64,000 nt of DNA from a virus (Duplodnaviria; Caudoviricetes): positions 1-64,000 of the IMG/VR virus record IMGVR_UViG_3300013383_000001, one strand, 5' to 3'. The notes beneath the pieces were generated by a model that searched no databases, was not told the origin of the DNA, and saw only the letters and a program-made list of their open reading frames with translations. The translations under genes and the position numbers were made by a program. Positions within the stretch are counted from its first letter, which is position 1; each line of letters opens with the position of its first letter. This document shows positions 45,862 through 57,080 of this stretch, in pieces.

Positions 45862-45947
45862 TTCTATATGAAGACTATCGTAGTATATATTCTATTAATT
45901 AGATACAGATGAATTAATGATAGTTTGTGTATAAAATATATGAATTA

Positions 45948-46544
45948 ATGGATAAGAATAATTTTTTAATTGCTCTAGATGGCGGTCATGGGATCACAAC
46001 GCCTGGAAAATCAAGCCCCGATCTTCGTTTGAAGGAATATAAGTGGGCGAGAGAAATGGTTGATCTTTTAATTCAGGAATTTACTAAGTTAGGAATTAAA
46101 ACTTATAAAGTTACTCCTGAAGAAACTGACATCTCTTTAAGAGAACGTTGTAGAAGAGTCAATCAGATGTATAAGAATAATAAAAATATGATTCTAATAT
46201 CTGTACATTGTAATGCTGCAGGTAATGATAAGAAGTGGCATACTGCTAATGGATGGAGTGTTTATATTTCACAGAATGCTTCATCTAATTCTAAACGTCT
46301 TGCTAAAGATCTTTACGAACAAGCTATAGTAGAAAAAGTGCAAGGAAATAGATCTGTGCCTAAAGAGAAGTATTGGGTACAATCATTAGCTATGTGTAGA
46401 GATACACACTGCCCTGCAGTTTTAACTGAGAATATGTTCCAAGATAATAAGGAAGATGTTGATTTCTTACTCTCGAAAGAAGGTAAAGAGAAACTTGCTA
46501 GATTGCATGTAAATGGAGTATTGAATTATATAAATGGAAAATAA
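45948..46544 (+). CDS. N-acetylmuramoyl-L-alanine amidase (Amidase_3), endolysin candidate
   Basis: LDGGHG, E, ISVHCNA, PAVLTEN zinc-amidase motifs. Confidence 0.9.
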   Translation: MDKNNFLIALDGGHGITTPGKSSPDLRLKEYKWAREMVDLLIQEFTKLGIKTYKVTPEETDISLRERCRRVNQMYKNNKNMILISVHCNAAGNDKKWHTANGWSVYISQNASSNSKRLAKDLYEQAIVEKVQGNRSVPKEKYWVQSLAMCRDTHCPAVLTENMFQDNKEDVDFLLSKEGKEKLARLHVNGVLNYINGK

Positions 46545-46782
46545 AATAAAAGAATTAGAAGAACGTATTGCTGCATTAGAAAAACCTAATAAAAATAGAT
46601 TGTTTGGTAGATCTTACACACAGTTAGGAGATTCTAATACAGATATTATACTTCTTACTAAGGGACAGATTAAAGTTAAATATGGTAATAAGTTTTTCGA
46701 TCTTATTAAAGATGGAAAAGTAAATGCTGATTTATCAGATATAATTAAAAGATTAGAAAAACTAGAAAATAAAGATGATTAA
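46534..46782 (+). CDS. hypothetical protein
   Basis: 82-aa ORF overlapping the amidase stop. Confidence 0.65.
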   Translation: MENKIKELEERIAALEKPNKNRLFGRSYTQLGDSNTDIILLTKGQIKVKYGNKFFDLIKDGKVNADLSDIIKRLEKLENKDD

Positions 46783-46808
46783 TCATTTTAAATAAATGTA
46801 CAATAGGA

Positions 46809-47771
46809 ATGGATGAATTTAATGAATTTGAGGAAGATTTTTCACAAGACACAACTACAACTCAAAATAATGAAGATGATGCACCGCATAGTGCAGTAGA
46901 GTATGATGATTCTGATCTAATCTCAGAACTTTTAAGATCTAAAGGTATTCAAGATCCCAGTCGCATTAAATTTGAAAATGCATCAGGACAGATTGAAGAA
47001 CTTGACTGGAATAGCTTAGATCCTCGTGAACAGATAAATATTCTCAATCAAGGAACTTCTGAAGAAGAATCACTTGATACCGATGAAATCTTGTTGCTTA
47101 ATGCAATTAGAAATAGTGGTCTCACGCCTAGAGAATATATGAATTATGTTCAGCAAGATACTATCAATCGTTATAATGCTACTAATAGTCAGCCTAATTT
47201 TATGATTGATAATTATACAGATGATGAGCTGTTCATGGCAGATTTTAAAAGTAGATCGAATGACATCACAGATGAAGAAGCTGTAGAAGCACTTGAAAAG
47301 ATTAAATCTAATCCTACTTTATATCAGAAGCAGGTAGATGCTATCAGACAGAATTATAAACAACTCGAATATCGTCAGATGCAGGAGCAGCAAATGGAAC
47401 AAAATGCTCAAAGGCAGCAACAGTATCAGCAGTACGCTAATCGTGTTGTAGATAGCATTAATGGATTTACTGATTTTTCAGGATATAGCTTAAATATGAA
47501 TGATGAAGATAAACAAGAAATATACGACTTTATTACTGGGTACGACGCGGCTGGAAACAATTATTTTCAAAAAGCCCTGAATGATCCAGATCTTCTCGTT
47601 AAGATGGCGTGGTTTGCGCTTAAAGGAGAACAGATGGTAAGGGATATAGACGCTTATTATCGTAAAGAGCTTGCGTCTTCCCGGTATAATAATAGACAAG
47701 ATGTTATTTATAAACCTAAAAGCAGGGCTAAGTCATCATCCACAGCATATATTGATGATGATTTAGATTAA
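46809..47771 (+). CDS. acidic protein preceding capsid gene (scaffold-like)
   Basis: Acidic N-terminus, coiled coil, position directly before the MCP. Confidence 0.65.
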   Translation: MDEFNEFEEDFSQDTTTTQNNEDDAPHSAVEYDDSDLISELLRSKGIQDPSRIKFENASGQIEELDWNSLDPREQINILNQGTSEEESLDTDEILLLNAIRNSGLTPREYMNYVQQDTINRYNATNSQPNFMIDNYTDDELFMADFKSRSNDITDEEAVEALEKIKSNPTLYQKQVDAIRQNYKQLEYRQMQEQQMEQNAQRQQQYQQYANRVVDSINGFTDFSGYSLNMNDEDKQEIYDFITGYDAAGNNYFQKALNDPDLLVKMAWFALKGEQMVRDIDAYYRKELASSRYNNRQDVIYKPKSRAKSSSTAYIDDDLD

Positions 47772-47787
47772 TTAATTAAATAAGTAT

Positions 47788-50700
47788 ATGTTAGTTGCAA
47801 ATTTTACTACTAAGTTGCCCAACATGGGCCAGACTAAGACTTACGAAGAGTTCTCTACATATTTAAATACAAAGCCCCATCGTCTCGGCGTTGTAGCTCG
47901 TATGTATCCCGAGAACACTCTTAATTATATTCTTGATGGTCTTCGTAATGTATTTTATAACGATGCTAAGGGTTCTAATCGTTATCAGCCTATTGACAGT
48001 TTGTTCTTTGAGTGGTCACTTGAGACCAATCAGATTAAGAGAATTGCATTTGCAAACGCTCCTGAACAGACTGGTGAAGGTGGTACTGATATAACCATGG
48101 CATTTACTGAGAATTGGTATCAGAAGTATGACATCTTCCGCATTGATGAATCTGGTCAGATGTGTATTGTACTTTCTCGTCCCATTCGTAAGCGTGATGA
48201 AAACCCAATGATTGTCTCGCTTATTATCTGCAACTAACATTAAATAAATTCTTTAAAATGCTGGGAAATCGCTAGACAACCAGCAGCGAGATTACAAAAG
48301 ATAATAACGTTCAACGACTAAGGGAAACCTATAGATATAATTTGAAAAATGGAATTACAATGAAATATATAGTATTTTTGACTAAGAATAATAAATCTAC
48401 AATTAATAGTATTAATAGAATCCTTATAGGAGTACATAAAACAGAGAACCCTGATATATTTGATGGATACCTAGGAGAAGGAGTAAGAGTAAATAAAGCA
48501 TCTACATTTATGTATCCCAAAACATCATTCCAATATGCAGTAAAGAAATATGGAGTCAAATCATTTGAAAGAATCACCTTATACATATATGATACTTTAA
48601 AAGATGCATATAATAAATATCATGAAATTGTAGATGATACATTTATAAATGCTAGTTATACATATAACACTAAAATATATAAGAAATATGCAGGAATGTG
48701 TGATTATCGTCCTGTTTATCAATTCAATTTAAAAGGAGAGCTTGTTAAAGAATGGAATTGTATAGATGATGTTTGTGATTTCTATTGTTATCCTAAATGG
48801 AGATTTTACTATGCAAGAGCATCTCGTACACCACTTCTTAATTTCTATTGGTCTGGAACTAAAGTATTAAATATAGTGAATCCAGATGATAAAAGTCATC
48901 CAGTACACATGTATAATAAGGATGGTAAATTGGAATTTTCTTTTGGATCGTATGAAGATTTTGGTGAATTTATAAATGCGAACATTAAAGAAATGAATGA
49001 TATTATTTATAAACATAGATTTATAAATGGGTATTATCCATCTAACAAACTTCTTGAATCATTTGCCCCGAAAGCAAGAAGGAAATATTTAAAAGAGTAT
49101 ATGTATGTCTATAATAAAGAGGGAGAGTTTGTTGGTAAATTCTTTGGTAAAGAAGTTATGACACCTATAGGCACTCACTCTTGGAAGAAGATAGAATATT
49201 CTATAGAGCATAATGATGGGTGGTTTAATGATTTCTATATATCTTTAAATGAAGTTGATTCAGTGCCAGAGAAGAAAGAGAAAGTAACATACATTGAAGT
49301 ATTTGATAAGTTCGGTAACTTTATTGAGAAAATTGATACAATCAAAGAAGTCAAAGAAAAGTATGGTATTACATCTGGTAAAATAAACAGAATTAAACTT
49401 GGTCAAAAACATTGGGGTGACTATATATTTGTATACAATCGTAAATGATATAGTCTAAAGGATTATTGGGAGGTAACAGTTCGTCTTATTGATAATGATT
49501 ACTCATCTATCCTTGACGATTCTGCATGCCAGCCTGGCATGACTACTACTTGGGTATCTGTATCAATGCCTGAGTTGCATGAGGAAGGATACACAAAGAC
49601 ACTTTCTTCATTTGAAAAGCATCGTAATTGCATTCAGACATTCCGTAATGACATTTCTTGGTCTTCACTTTATCAGGCGCAAGAGCAAGCATTTATGTCT
49701 ATTGCTGATGATAAGGATGCTTCTAAGTCAGATGGTGTATATAAGATGGTTAAGAAGGAGAAGGAACTTCTTGATAACTTCAATTATTCAATGAACGCAG
49801 GTCTTCTTCTTAACGTGGGTAACGTTGACGCACAAGGTCGCGCTACTATTTCTGACCCTGATACAGGTCGTAAGTTGATGATTACTGAGGGCGTTATTCC
49901 TCAGGTTGAAGCATTTGCTTCTAAGTACGTATATAGCGGTAAGTTCAAGCGTCAGATCTTGAATCTTATCCTTTCTAATATGGCAGAGAAGTCTGAGAAG
50001 CTCACTGGGAATCATTATTCCATTCTTTGCACTCAGAAGCTCTGGAATGATATTCAGGAGACCCTTGGTGAATATCTTGCCAATTTCCGTACCGATGGTA
50101 CATATATGTATTCTAAGAACGCCAACAAGGGTGACGGTGGCTATATAAAGGTAGGTGCTACCTTTAATACTTATGAGATTGCCGGTAAGAAAATTGCCGC
50201 ATAATAGTAAAATGTTATTATGATAAAAATTTATTAAATTGCTGGAAAGTTACGACTAATCAGCAGCTTATTTTAAATATAAATAAGTTCATCGACTATT
50301 TTAACAAATAAAGAAATTTAAATAATAAACATCTTATGGAATTAAAATATATAGTATATATTACTATTAACCTATGTAATGGAAAGTTCTACATAGGCGT
50401 GCATAAAACCAATCCAGATGTATTTGACGGCTACATTGGATGTGGGATTTATAGACCTAATGACGCTTGTAAAAAGTTCCCTTTTCATACAGCAGTGAGA
50501 AAATACGGATATGAAAACTTCAAACGTACAACTATAAAAATATTTGAAGGGACAGAAGAGGGTAGAAAACAAGCACTTGAGTTAGAAAGAATATTAGTAA
50601 ATGAAACCTTATTAAAAAGTAAACAAGTATATAACTCAGCACTTGGTGGACAGTTGGGATGTGAAAATACTTTTAAGACGGTATATATGTTTAGTTTAGA

Positions 50701-51555
50701 TGGAAATTATATACGAAAATTTAAAAATACCAGAGAAGCTGCGTTTTTTATAGATCCTGAAAACTTAGAAGTGACAAGACAAGCTATAAAAAATAATTGT
50801 AGAGGAATTACTACAAAATCTCATGGATATTTTTGGTCTTATAGGAAAGAGTTTGTAAAGAAGGATAATGAAAAATGGAAGAAAGTTGCACAATACACAT
50901 TATCTGGAAAGTTTATAAGATATTTCGATTCTGTTACTGAAGCTGAAGAAGAATTATCTTTAAACAGCATTAGTCAAGCGGTTAAAAAAAGATACCAGTG
51001 TGGCGGATACCAATGGAGATATTATGAAGGAGATGACAATAATATTGGTCCCTTAGTAAATGCTAAATCAAAATTTGGATCTTTACCCATTGATATGTTT
51101 GATAAGGATGGAAATTTTATTAAAAGTTATGAGTCTATAAATGAATGTACGCAAGAAAATCCTAATCTTGACAAAAGTCAAATAATGCGAGTTATTAGAA
51201 AAATAATTAAAACTCACAAAGGATTTAAATTTAAATTTAAAGATGAAGATATAGTCAGTTCTAATTCAGAATGAATTTTGTCTCATTTATACCTGATAAG
51301 TCACTTACTCGTTGGTATGGCAATAAGGGCTATGGTCTTTGCCTTGATTTAACTGCAGACAAGACTAGCGGTACTCCTGCTATTGCTAAGTTCTGTCTTA
51401 AGGGTCAGGAAGTCCAGACTAATAAGATCTGGGGTGTTGCTACTCGTTCAGGTGATGTATCTTCTAACGTAGCAGCAGCTAAAATGACTATGACGGGTAC
51501 TGCTGGTGTAGCAGTATTTGCTCCGTTTAAGAGTTTTATTATCTACGAGGCTTAA
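47788..51555 (+). CDS. major capsid protein; exons 47788-48198, 49461-50186, 51274-51555 (472 aa)
   Basis: Junctions PIRKRD|DYWEVTVRLID and TYEIAG|NFVSFIPD; PELHEEGYTK and EGVIPQVE motifs of crAss-type MCP. Confidence 0.85.
48199..49460 (+). mobile_element. group I intron 1 of capsid gene
   Basis: P1 AAGCGTGAT/GTCTCGCTT; P4 TGCTGG/CCAGCA; P7 GACTA/TAGTC; terminal G; removal restores the frame. Confidence 0.85.
48360..49448 (+). CDS. intron-encoded GIY-YIG-like/NUMOD1 endonuclease (divergent)
   Basis: YIVFLT...LIGVHKT..FDGYLG; repeated VYQFNLKGELV-type modules. Confidence 0.75.
   Translation: MKYIVFLTKNNKSTINSINRILIGVHKTENPDIFDGYLGEGVRVNKASTFMYPKTSFQYAVKKYGVKSFERITLYIYDTLKDAYNKYHEIVDDTFINASYTYNTKIYKKYAGMCDYRPVYQFNLKGELVKEWNCIDDVCDFYCYPKWRFYYARASRTPLLNFYWSGTKVLNIVNPDDKSHPVHMYNKDGKLEFSFGSYEDFGEFINANIKEMNDIIYKHRFINGYYPSNKLLESFAPKARRKYLKEYMYVYNKEGEFVGKFFGKEVMTPIGTHSWKKIEYSIEHNDGWFNDFYISLNEVDSVPEKKEKVTYIEVFDKFGNFIEKIDTIKEVKEKYGITSGKINRIKLGQKHWGDYIFVYNRK
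50187..51273 (+). mobile_element. group I intron 2 of capsid gene
   Basis: P1 CGGT/GCCG; P4 TGCTG/CAGCA; P7 GACTA/TAGTC; terminal G; removal restores the frame. Confidence 0.85.
50336..51274 (+). CDS. intron-encoded GIY-YIG/NUMOD1 endonuclease
   Basis: YIVYITINLCNGKFYIGVHKT, FDGYIG, three NUMOD1-like repeats; stop codon spans the 3' splice site. Confidence 0.85.
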   Translation: MELKYIVYITINLCNGKFYIGVHKTNPDVFDGYIGCGIYRPNDACKKFPFHTAVRKYGYENFKRTTIKIFEGTEEGRKQALELERILVNETLLKSKQVYNSALGGQLGCENTFKTVYMFSLDGNYIRKFKNTREAAFFIDPENLEVTRQAIKNNCRGITTKSHGYFWSYRKEFVKKDNEKWKKVAQYTLSGKFIRYFDSVTEAEEELSLNSISQAVKKRYQCGGYQWRYYEGDDNNIGPLVNAKSKFGSLPIDMFDKDGNFIKSYESINECTQENPNLDKSQIMRVIRKIIKTHKGFKFKFKDEDIVSSNSE

Positions 51556-51646
51556 TTGTCTTAATAGATAAATTAAGATATTGAAGATCTGGTGGAGGGA
51601 GCCTTAAAACCCTCTCTCCGCTCTATTTTATGTAATATGAATTAAT

Positions 51647-52501
51647 ATGGCTAAAGTAACTAAATCAGAAATTGATCTTGATGAAGTAATTGTCTTGCGA
51701 AGTGTTTATGAGAAAGCGATCAATATGAAGTATTATATTCAGCCTTGCCGAGATAAGTTTGGTAACTATCCTCAGTGTGTAAAGTTTGTTGATGCGGCAG
51801 GTAATATGATTCTTACAGAGAAAGAAAAGGAACTTATCTCAGAGCATAAAGCAGTTTTCTTTCCTGAAAATCACATGTTTGAAATTACTTCTGGTAAAAC
51901 ATACAATCTCAATCGCTTAGAAGATAAAGCAGAATGGGATTGCATTAAAAATTGTAAGTTGATTGCTAAGAGCAGAGATGAACGTGATGAGAAAGGTAAT
52001 CTCTTAATTGACGGTATTCAGCCTACTGCGAATAAGGCAGGTGTTAATGGAATTGCAGAGCTTTACATTGATCGTCCTGGACTTGATACTCAAAGACGTG
52101 TATCTAAGAAAGAGCTTATACATAAAGCAGAATCCTTTATCTTTGATGATCCTCGTGGTAACGATGGTCGCTTGAAGATGGCTCGTATTCTTGGTAAGAA
52201 TATGTATAACCAGCCTGATGCTGATGTAAAGGATTTCCTTCTTAGAATCGCAAGCAAAGAGCCTAAGAAAATTATAGATCTGTATACAGGCGGAGATACT
52301 ACATTGCGTATCTTGTTTATTGATGCCAAGGAAAAGCATACTATCTATGTAAAGAATAAACTTTATCTTTATGGTGATAATATTGTACTTGGTGCAACCG
52401 ATGATGCAGTAATTGCGTGGATGAAGAATCCTACTAATCTCAAGGTTCTTGAACTCATTAAAAAGGATACATATCCCGACTTGTATAGTGCTGAAAAATA
52501 A
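51647..52501 (+). CDS. hypothetical protein following capsid gene
   Basis: 284-aa ORF, no TAG. Confidence 0.8.
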   Translation: MAKVTKSEIDLDEVIVLRSVYEKAINMKYYIQPCRDKFGNYPQCVKFVDAAGNMILTEKEKELISEHKAVFFPENHMFEITSGKTYNLNRLEDKAEWDCIKNCKLIAKSRDERDEKGNLLIDGIQPTANKAGVNGIAELYIDRPGLDTQRRVSKKELIHKAESFIFDDPRGNDGRLKMARILGKNMYNQPDADVKDFLLRIASKEPKKIIDLYTGGDTTLRILFIDAKEKHTIYVKNKLYLYGDNIVLGATDDAVIAWMKNPTNLKVLELIKKDTYPDLYSAEK

Positions 52502-52516
52502 TAGCTGTAAACAACA

Positions 52517-53620
52517 ATGACAGCCAAGCAAATGTTTGAAGCATTACTTACTGAGTTAAGTAAAGTAAATGCTCCTTCGATGTTGCTTCAAGATTTCAAC
52601 TACTTTATGAATAAAGCAGTCTATTAGTATATCAATAAAAGATATAATATTTATGATGTAAATCAATAGACTACTGATGATTTAAGGGTGTTAAAAGCAA
52701 CTGCTACAATTCCAATCGCTGATTCTAATTATAATACAGGATTTGTTAAAAGTGTTTCGTTTGACTTACCTGAAGATTATTTACACATGCTTAATTGCAT
52801 TTGTTTATATAATGTAACCAAACGAAATAAATGTTACAATCAAAATGATGACGTCCCCTTTGCAGCGAAAAGATTGACAGCAGATGCTTGGTCTATTATT
52901 ATAAATGACTATTATAACAGACCATTACCTTGGAGACCTTATTATTATATTCACAATGTAAACACTTCCAACGAGTTACCTACTAATCCGATGACTTCAG
53001 AAAATAAGTATGGTACAGATCCTACTACGGAAGAAAATGGTACTATAGAAACTGAGTGGATTATTAAATTAGATTTTACAACTAAAGATAATCCTAATCA
53101 AGTATTCGAGTTAGAAACTCCTGTAAAAAAAGAAGATGGCTGGGAGACGACAAAAGAATGTAAAGAATTAATTTCTGAACATGGTGATAATTATAAAGTA
53201 ATCACTAAAACTATCACTGAGTCAAAACCTGGTAATTTTAGGAGAGTAATTAATCTTACAAACTTCGATGAAAATCCAGTTTCCACAGTAGAAAGAGTAG
53301 CAGGTGTACGATATGGTAATCCTACTAAAGTACGTTGCGAAATACGTTATGGTAACGATATTGATACATATAAACTCAAGAAAGTTTACATTGATTATAT
53401 AAAAACACCTCAAACAATTAGACTTACTCAAGAGTAGGTTGACAAGATTGAAGACACATCACAAATACTAGAATTTCCTGATTATGTATGTTAGGAAATA
53501 GTTAATGAACTGGTTACTCTTGTGATGGAGAATACAGCAGATCCTAGATTACAAACACATATACCGATTACACAGTCTATAGCTAATCCAGCTCAATCAC
53601 AATAGGCTGCGCAATCTTAA
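52517..53620 (+). CDS. putative head-tail connector / tail ring protein (TAG=Gln)
   Basis: DLRVL, LPEDYLH, YIDYIKTP, LEFPDYVC(TAG)EIV motifs; 367 aa. Confidence 0.7.
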
Positions 53621-53631
53621 TCTAAATAAAT

Positions 53632-54630
53632 ATGTTTAATTTCACAACTACACATGTAATTAACAGTAATTACGATCTTTCATCCAATACTCCTCTTTGG
53701 ATTCTTGGTACTGATACTTTCACTGTAAAGGGTGTAAATACTTTCAAGAAAGAGAATGTAGAAGCAGCTTATAAGGCAGCATATAACGATGCAGTAATGG
53801 CTCAGATCACTATTGACTTCTCAAAGGCTAAGATCAATGGTGCTGCTATTGAGGATGGTGAGGATATGCGTCTTTATATTCCTCTTTATCTCTCTACTTC
53901 ATCTGATCTTTCTTATTATGCTAATGACACCAACCGTAAGGGTAAGGTTCTTAGCGTAGACTTTAAGTACAATGCAGCTAAGCCCGCTGAAAGTCTTAAG
54001 AAACTTATTGACAAGTTTGGCTTGTTTAAGTTTGAGAAGGATATGGTAAAGGTTACAGTTCCTGAGGATACTAAGCTCGTAATTACCGCAACAACTGAGT
54101 TTCAACGTTTTGATACTCCCAAGCTCCAGTATTATGTAGCATCTGATGTTCCTTATAAGGATGGTTACTACGATGTAACTGATGGTAGCACTGTTACTGA
54201 TAAGCTCTTTACTATGGTTGATGGTCATGAAGCATTTGGTTCTTATGATTACATCCTCCGTAATATCAAACTTCCTACCCACGAAGCTACTCGTGCATTT
54301 GGTATCAACCAGCATGAGAATCCTGTTCCTGGGGCAAAGTACGATCAGTACATTATTCGCTATTGCGTAAATCGTGGTCCTCTTGGTCTCAACGCAGTAG
54401 GTGATCAAGTTAAATCTGAGACTACTCATGTATTCTTTGTAAATCGTAATATTGAAAAGAATACTACTGATAAGGATGCTTTCAAGGCTCTTGATGGCGA
54501 AGGTCAGCCTGATGCAACTGTAGAGGATGCTAATGTTGCTGATTTCGATTCTGCATTTAAGGCTTTTGCAGGTGATAAGCTCGAAACTTATACCTATAAT
54601 GCAAGTAAGAACAAGATTGAGAAATCATAA
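53632..54630 (+). CDS. abundant structural protein (auxiliary capsid-like)
   Basis: MCP-like codon bias, no TAG, followed by a terminator; function inferred. Confidence 0.65.
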   Translation: MFNFTTTHVINSNYDLSSNTPLWILGTDTFTVKGVNTFKKENVEAAYKAAYNDAVMAQITIDFSKAKINGAAIEDGEDMRLYIPLYLSTSSDLSYYANDTNRKGKVLSVDFKYNAAKPAESLKKLIDKFGLFKFEKDMVKVTVPEDTKLVITATTEFQRFDTPKLQYYVASDVPYKDGYYDVTDGSTVTDKLFTMVDGHEAFGSYDYILRNIKLPTHEATRAFGINQHENPVPGAKYDQYIIRYCVNRGPLGLNAVGDQVKSETTHVFFVNRNIEKNTTDKDAFKALDGEGQPDATVEDANVADFDSAFKAFAGDKLETYTYNASKNKIEKS

Positions 54631-54635
54631 TTAAT

Positions 54636-54667
54636 AGGCGGGCGCAATCAAACGCCTGCCTTTTTTT
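54636..54667 (+). terminator. intrinsic terminator
   Basis: AGGCGGGCG-caatcaaa-CGCCTGCCT hairpin plus T tract. Confidence 0.85.
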
Positions 54668-54676
54668 CTTTTTATT

Positions 54677-55366
54677 ATGTATACAAAAGTAAACAAATTA
54701 GCATCAGCAGTTTATAATGACATAGTTTCCGGATTAAGAGGTTATCATCAAGGACTTTCTTTATCAATGGAATAGCTAGAAGATGAGATAATGATGATGC
54801 GGATGTAGGTATTGAAAGAATATTCTTTAAAAGGAATACTTCCTGTTAAAGATTTATATATAGCAATTAATTGCATAGAAGTTGATTGTAAAGATTTGGA
54901 AAGATGTAGATGTTTAGAAGACGAATGTCTTCATACACCAACAATGCATTTTGAGATCCCTCAACTTGTAAATGATTATGGTAAAGAATCTATTTAGTAT
55001 ATTGGTTCTGCTGATAGATAGCTTCCTTTTTCTTATTATACATCTTTAAATACATATAAGAATCATAAATGGCGTAAACGTGCAAAAAGTAGACCTTATG
55101 TCTGGATTGATACAACTCCTAATGAGAATGGAATGTATGATTGTTTTGTATTTAATGCACCATTATTAAAAGCAGTATCTGTGGTAGGCATCTTTAAAGA
55201 TCTGAGACAATTAGAAAAATATTCATGTTGTACTGAATAGGCAGATGATAATTTCTCATTTATAGATAATGAAGTTAAAGATAGGCTTACTAAACTGAAA
55301 ATTAATTATTATAGATCAATGCAAGCCCCTCTTAAACCTAATAATCAAGAATATACTACTGGATGA
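54677..55366 (+). CDS. putative tail ring protein (TAG=Gln)
   Basis: 229 aa under code 15; ATGA overlap. Confidence 0.65.
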
Positions 55367-56058
55367 ATAATTTTTATTATGCTCTCAGTTTATTAAACAC
55401 TATGTATGGTGTAGATATGGACGAGGAAGATTTTGCTGAAATTGCTTTAGTAGGTTGGAATTTAATAGGCAATAAACGTACTAAGCTATATAGAAGCTGT
55501 AAGACTTTTGAACCTTGTGAAAAAGAATATAAATTAGAATTACCTTGTAATTGTGATATATTAGAAGCAGTAACAGGTGATTTTGAAGATTTTGCTTTTA
55601 CTTCTGGAATAGATCCTGATGGAGTACCTCAGTCCTCAGAAACAGAAGAATATATAGAAGAACATAAAGCATTTAAGCAACCTTTGTATGCTAAAGGTAA
55701 GTTTATAAATTATGAAAGAGTAGGAGATACATTATATTTTACTCAACCAGTAAGAAAAGTAAATCTTTTATATAGAGGTTTAGTTGCAGATGAAAATGGA
55801 CTTCCTGAAATTACAGATTCGGAAGCATTAGCATTAGCTACATATGTTGCTTACATTAATCGCTTTAAAGAAGGATTAATGACTAATAATACAAATATTA
55901 TAAGTATAGGTAATGTATTAAAAGCAGAATGGGAAAAGAGGTGTGTACAAGCAAGATCTGAATTTAATTGGACTTAGAATGACTATGATGAAGTTCTTGA
56001 TGCAAAGTCTTGCTGGGATAGAAAAATATATAATAGAAGTTATAAATTAGAACGATGA
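55363..56058 (+). CDS. putative tail ring protein (TAG=Gln)
   Basis: ELPCNCDILEAV and DENGLPEI motifs; read-through to TGA at 56056-56058. Confidence 0.65.
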
Positions 56059-57080
56059 AATTAGCAACAGGATGCGCATTAAATGTTAAGTAGTTGCTAC
56101 GAAATTTTCCTGTATAGAAATTAAAGTTTAGTTATAAGGTAAGTCGTGATAAAGGACTCCCTAATGGAAGAATAACTCTAATAGAAGATATTTTTACATA
56201 TCACTTCTATTTAGTCATAAGGGATATTATAGAAAATAATACTGTTTTTCATCTTCCTTTGGTTGGCAAAAGAAAAGCAAGAATAGAGCCTTTTACTTTT
56301 GATGAAGAAGCATTTAAGTTAAGGAGAAAGGCAGGTTATTGGGAAAATCTTGATTATATTGCAAGTGATTTCAAAATGTATGGAATATAGTTAGTATTAT
56401 GTGGGAATAGAACTCCTAGATACAAACGTATTTATATAAATAAAACATACGAAAATGAAATAGTATAGAATGTAAACAAAGGAATGACCTATGGAGGTGG
56501 TCATGATCGTAAGATAGATGATTACTTTGAGTCTGTTATGGATAAATACGATGGAATCACTAAACGAGATATTCGACTTATATTGAATTATTGTTGGAGA
56601 TAGTATTATATGTTTATAAGTCGAGGATGTGATATACTAATTCGTAGTAAAAGATTCATTACATACACAGGATACCTTAAACATGATTCTATTAAATGGT
56701 TTTAGTCATATCTTAGAAAACTTGCTTTAAAAATAAGATGGCTAAATAAAACTAATAAAAAGAAGAAATGGGACGGATACTATTATTTTGCACTTTCCAA
56801 CGATCAATATAAAGAAACATTCGGCAAAAATGAAAATAAAAAAGGAAAACGATTATCTAAATTCACATTTACGGATATATGGTTATATACTTACTATGAT
56901 GAATGTTCTTTAAGAAATGCAGGATATAAATATATTTGTAGACTTCCTTATCACGCATGGATTAAAAATTGCTTACATTTTGATAAACTAACCACAAGCA
57001 AAGCAGAACTTATAACTATTCGAGAACCTTTAAAGTTTAAAGATATATTAGTAAGTGAAAATGAATACGATCTTTTATGA
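56055..57080 (+). CDS. basic protein, possibly IHF/HU-like (TAG=Gln)
   Basis: 341 aa under code 15; absent from the track; function tentative. Confidence 0.6.

Noticed and set aside
51271-51555. Independent 94-aa gene, and likewise track ORFs 24944, 43579 and 49539
   Set aside because: These are downstream exons or exon fragments of spliced genes; at 51271 and 24944 the start codon ends on the intron's terminal G.
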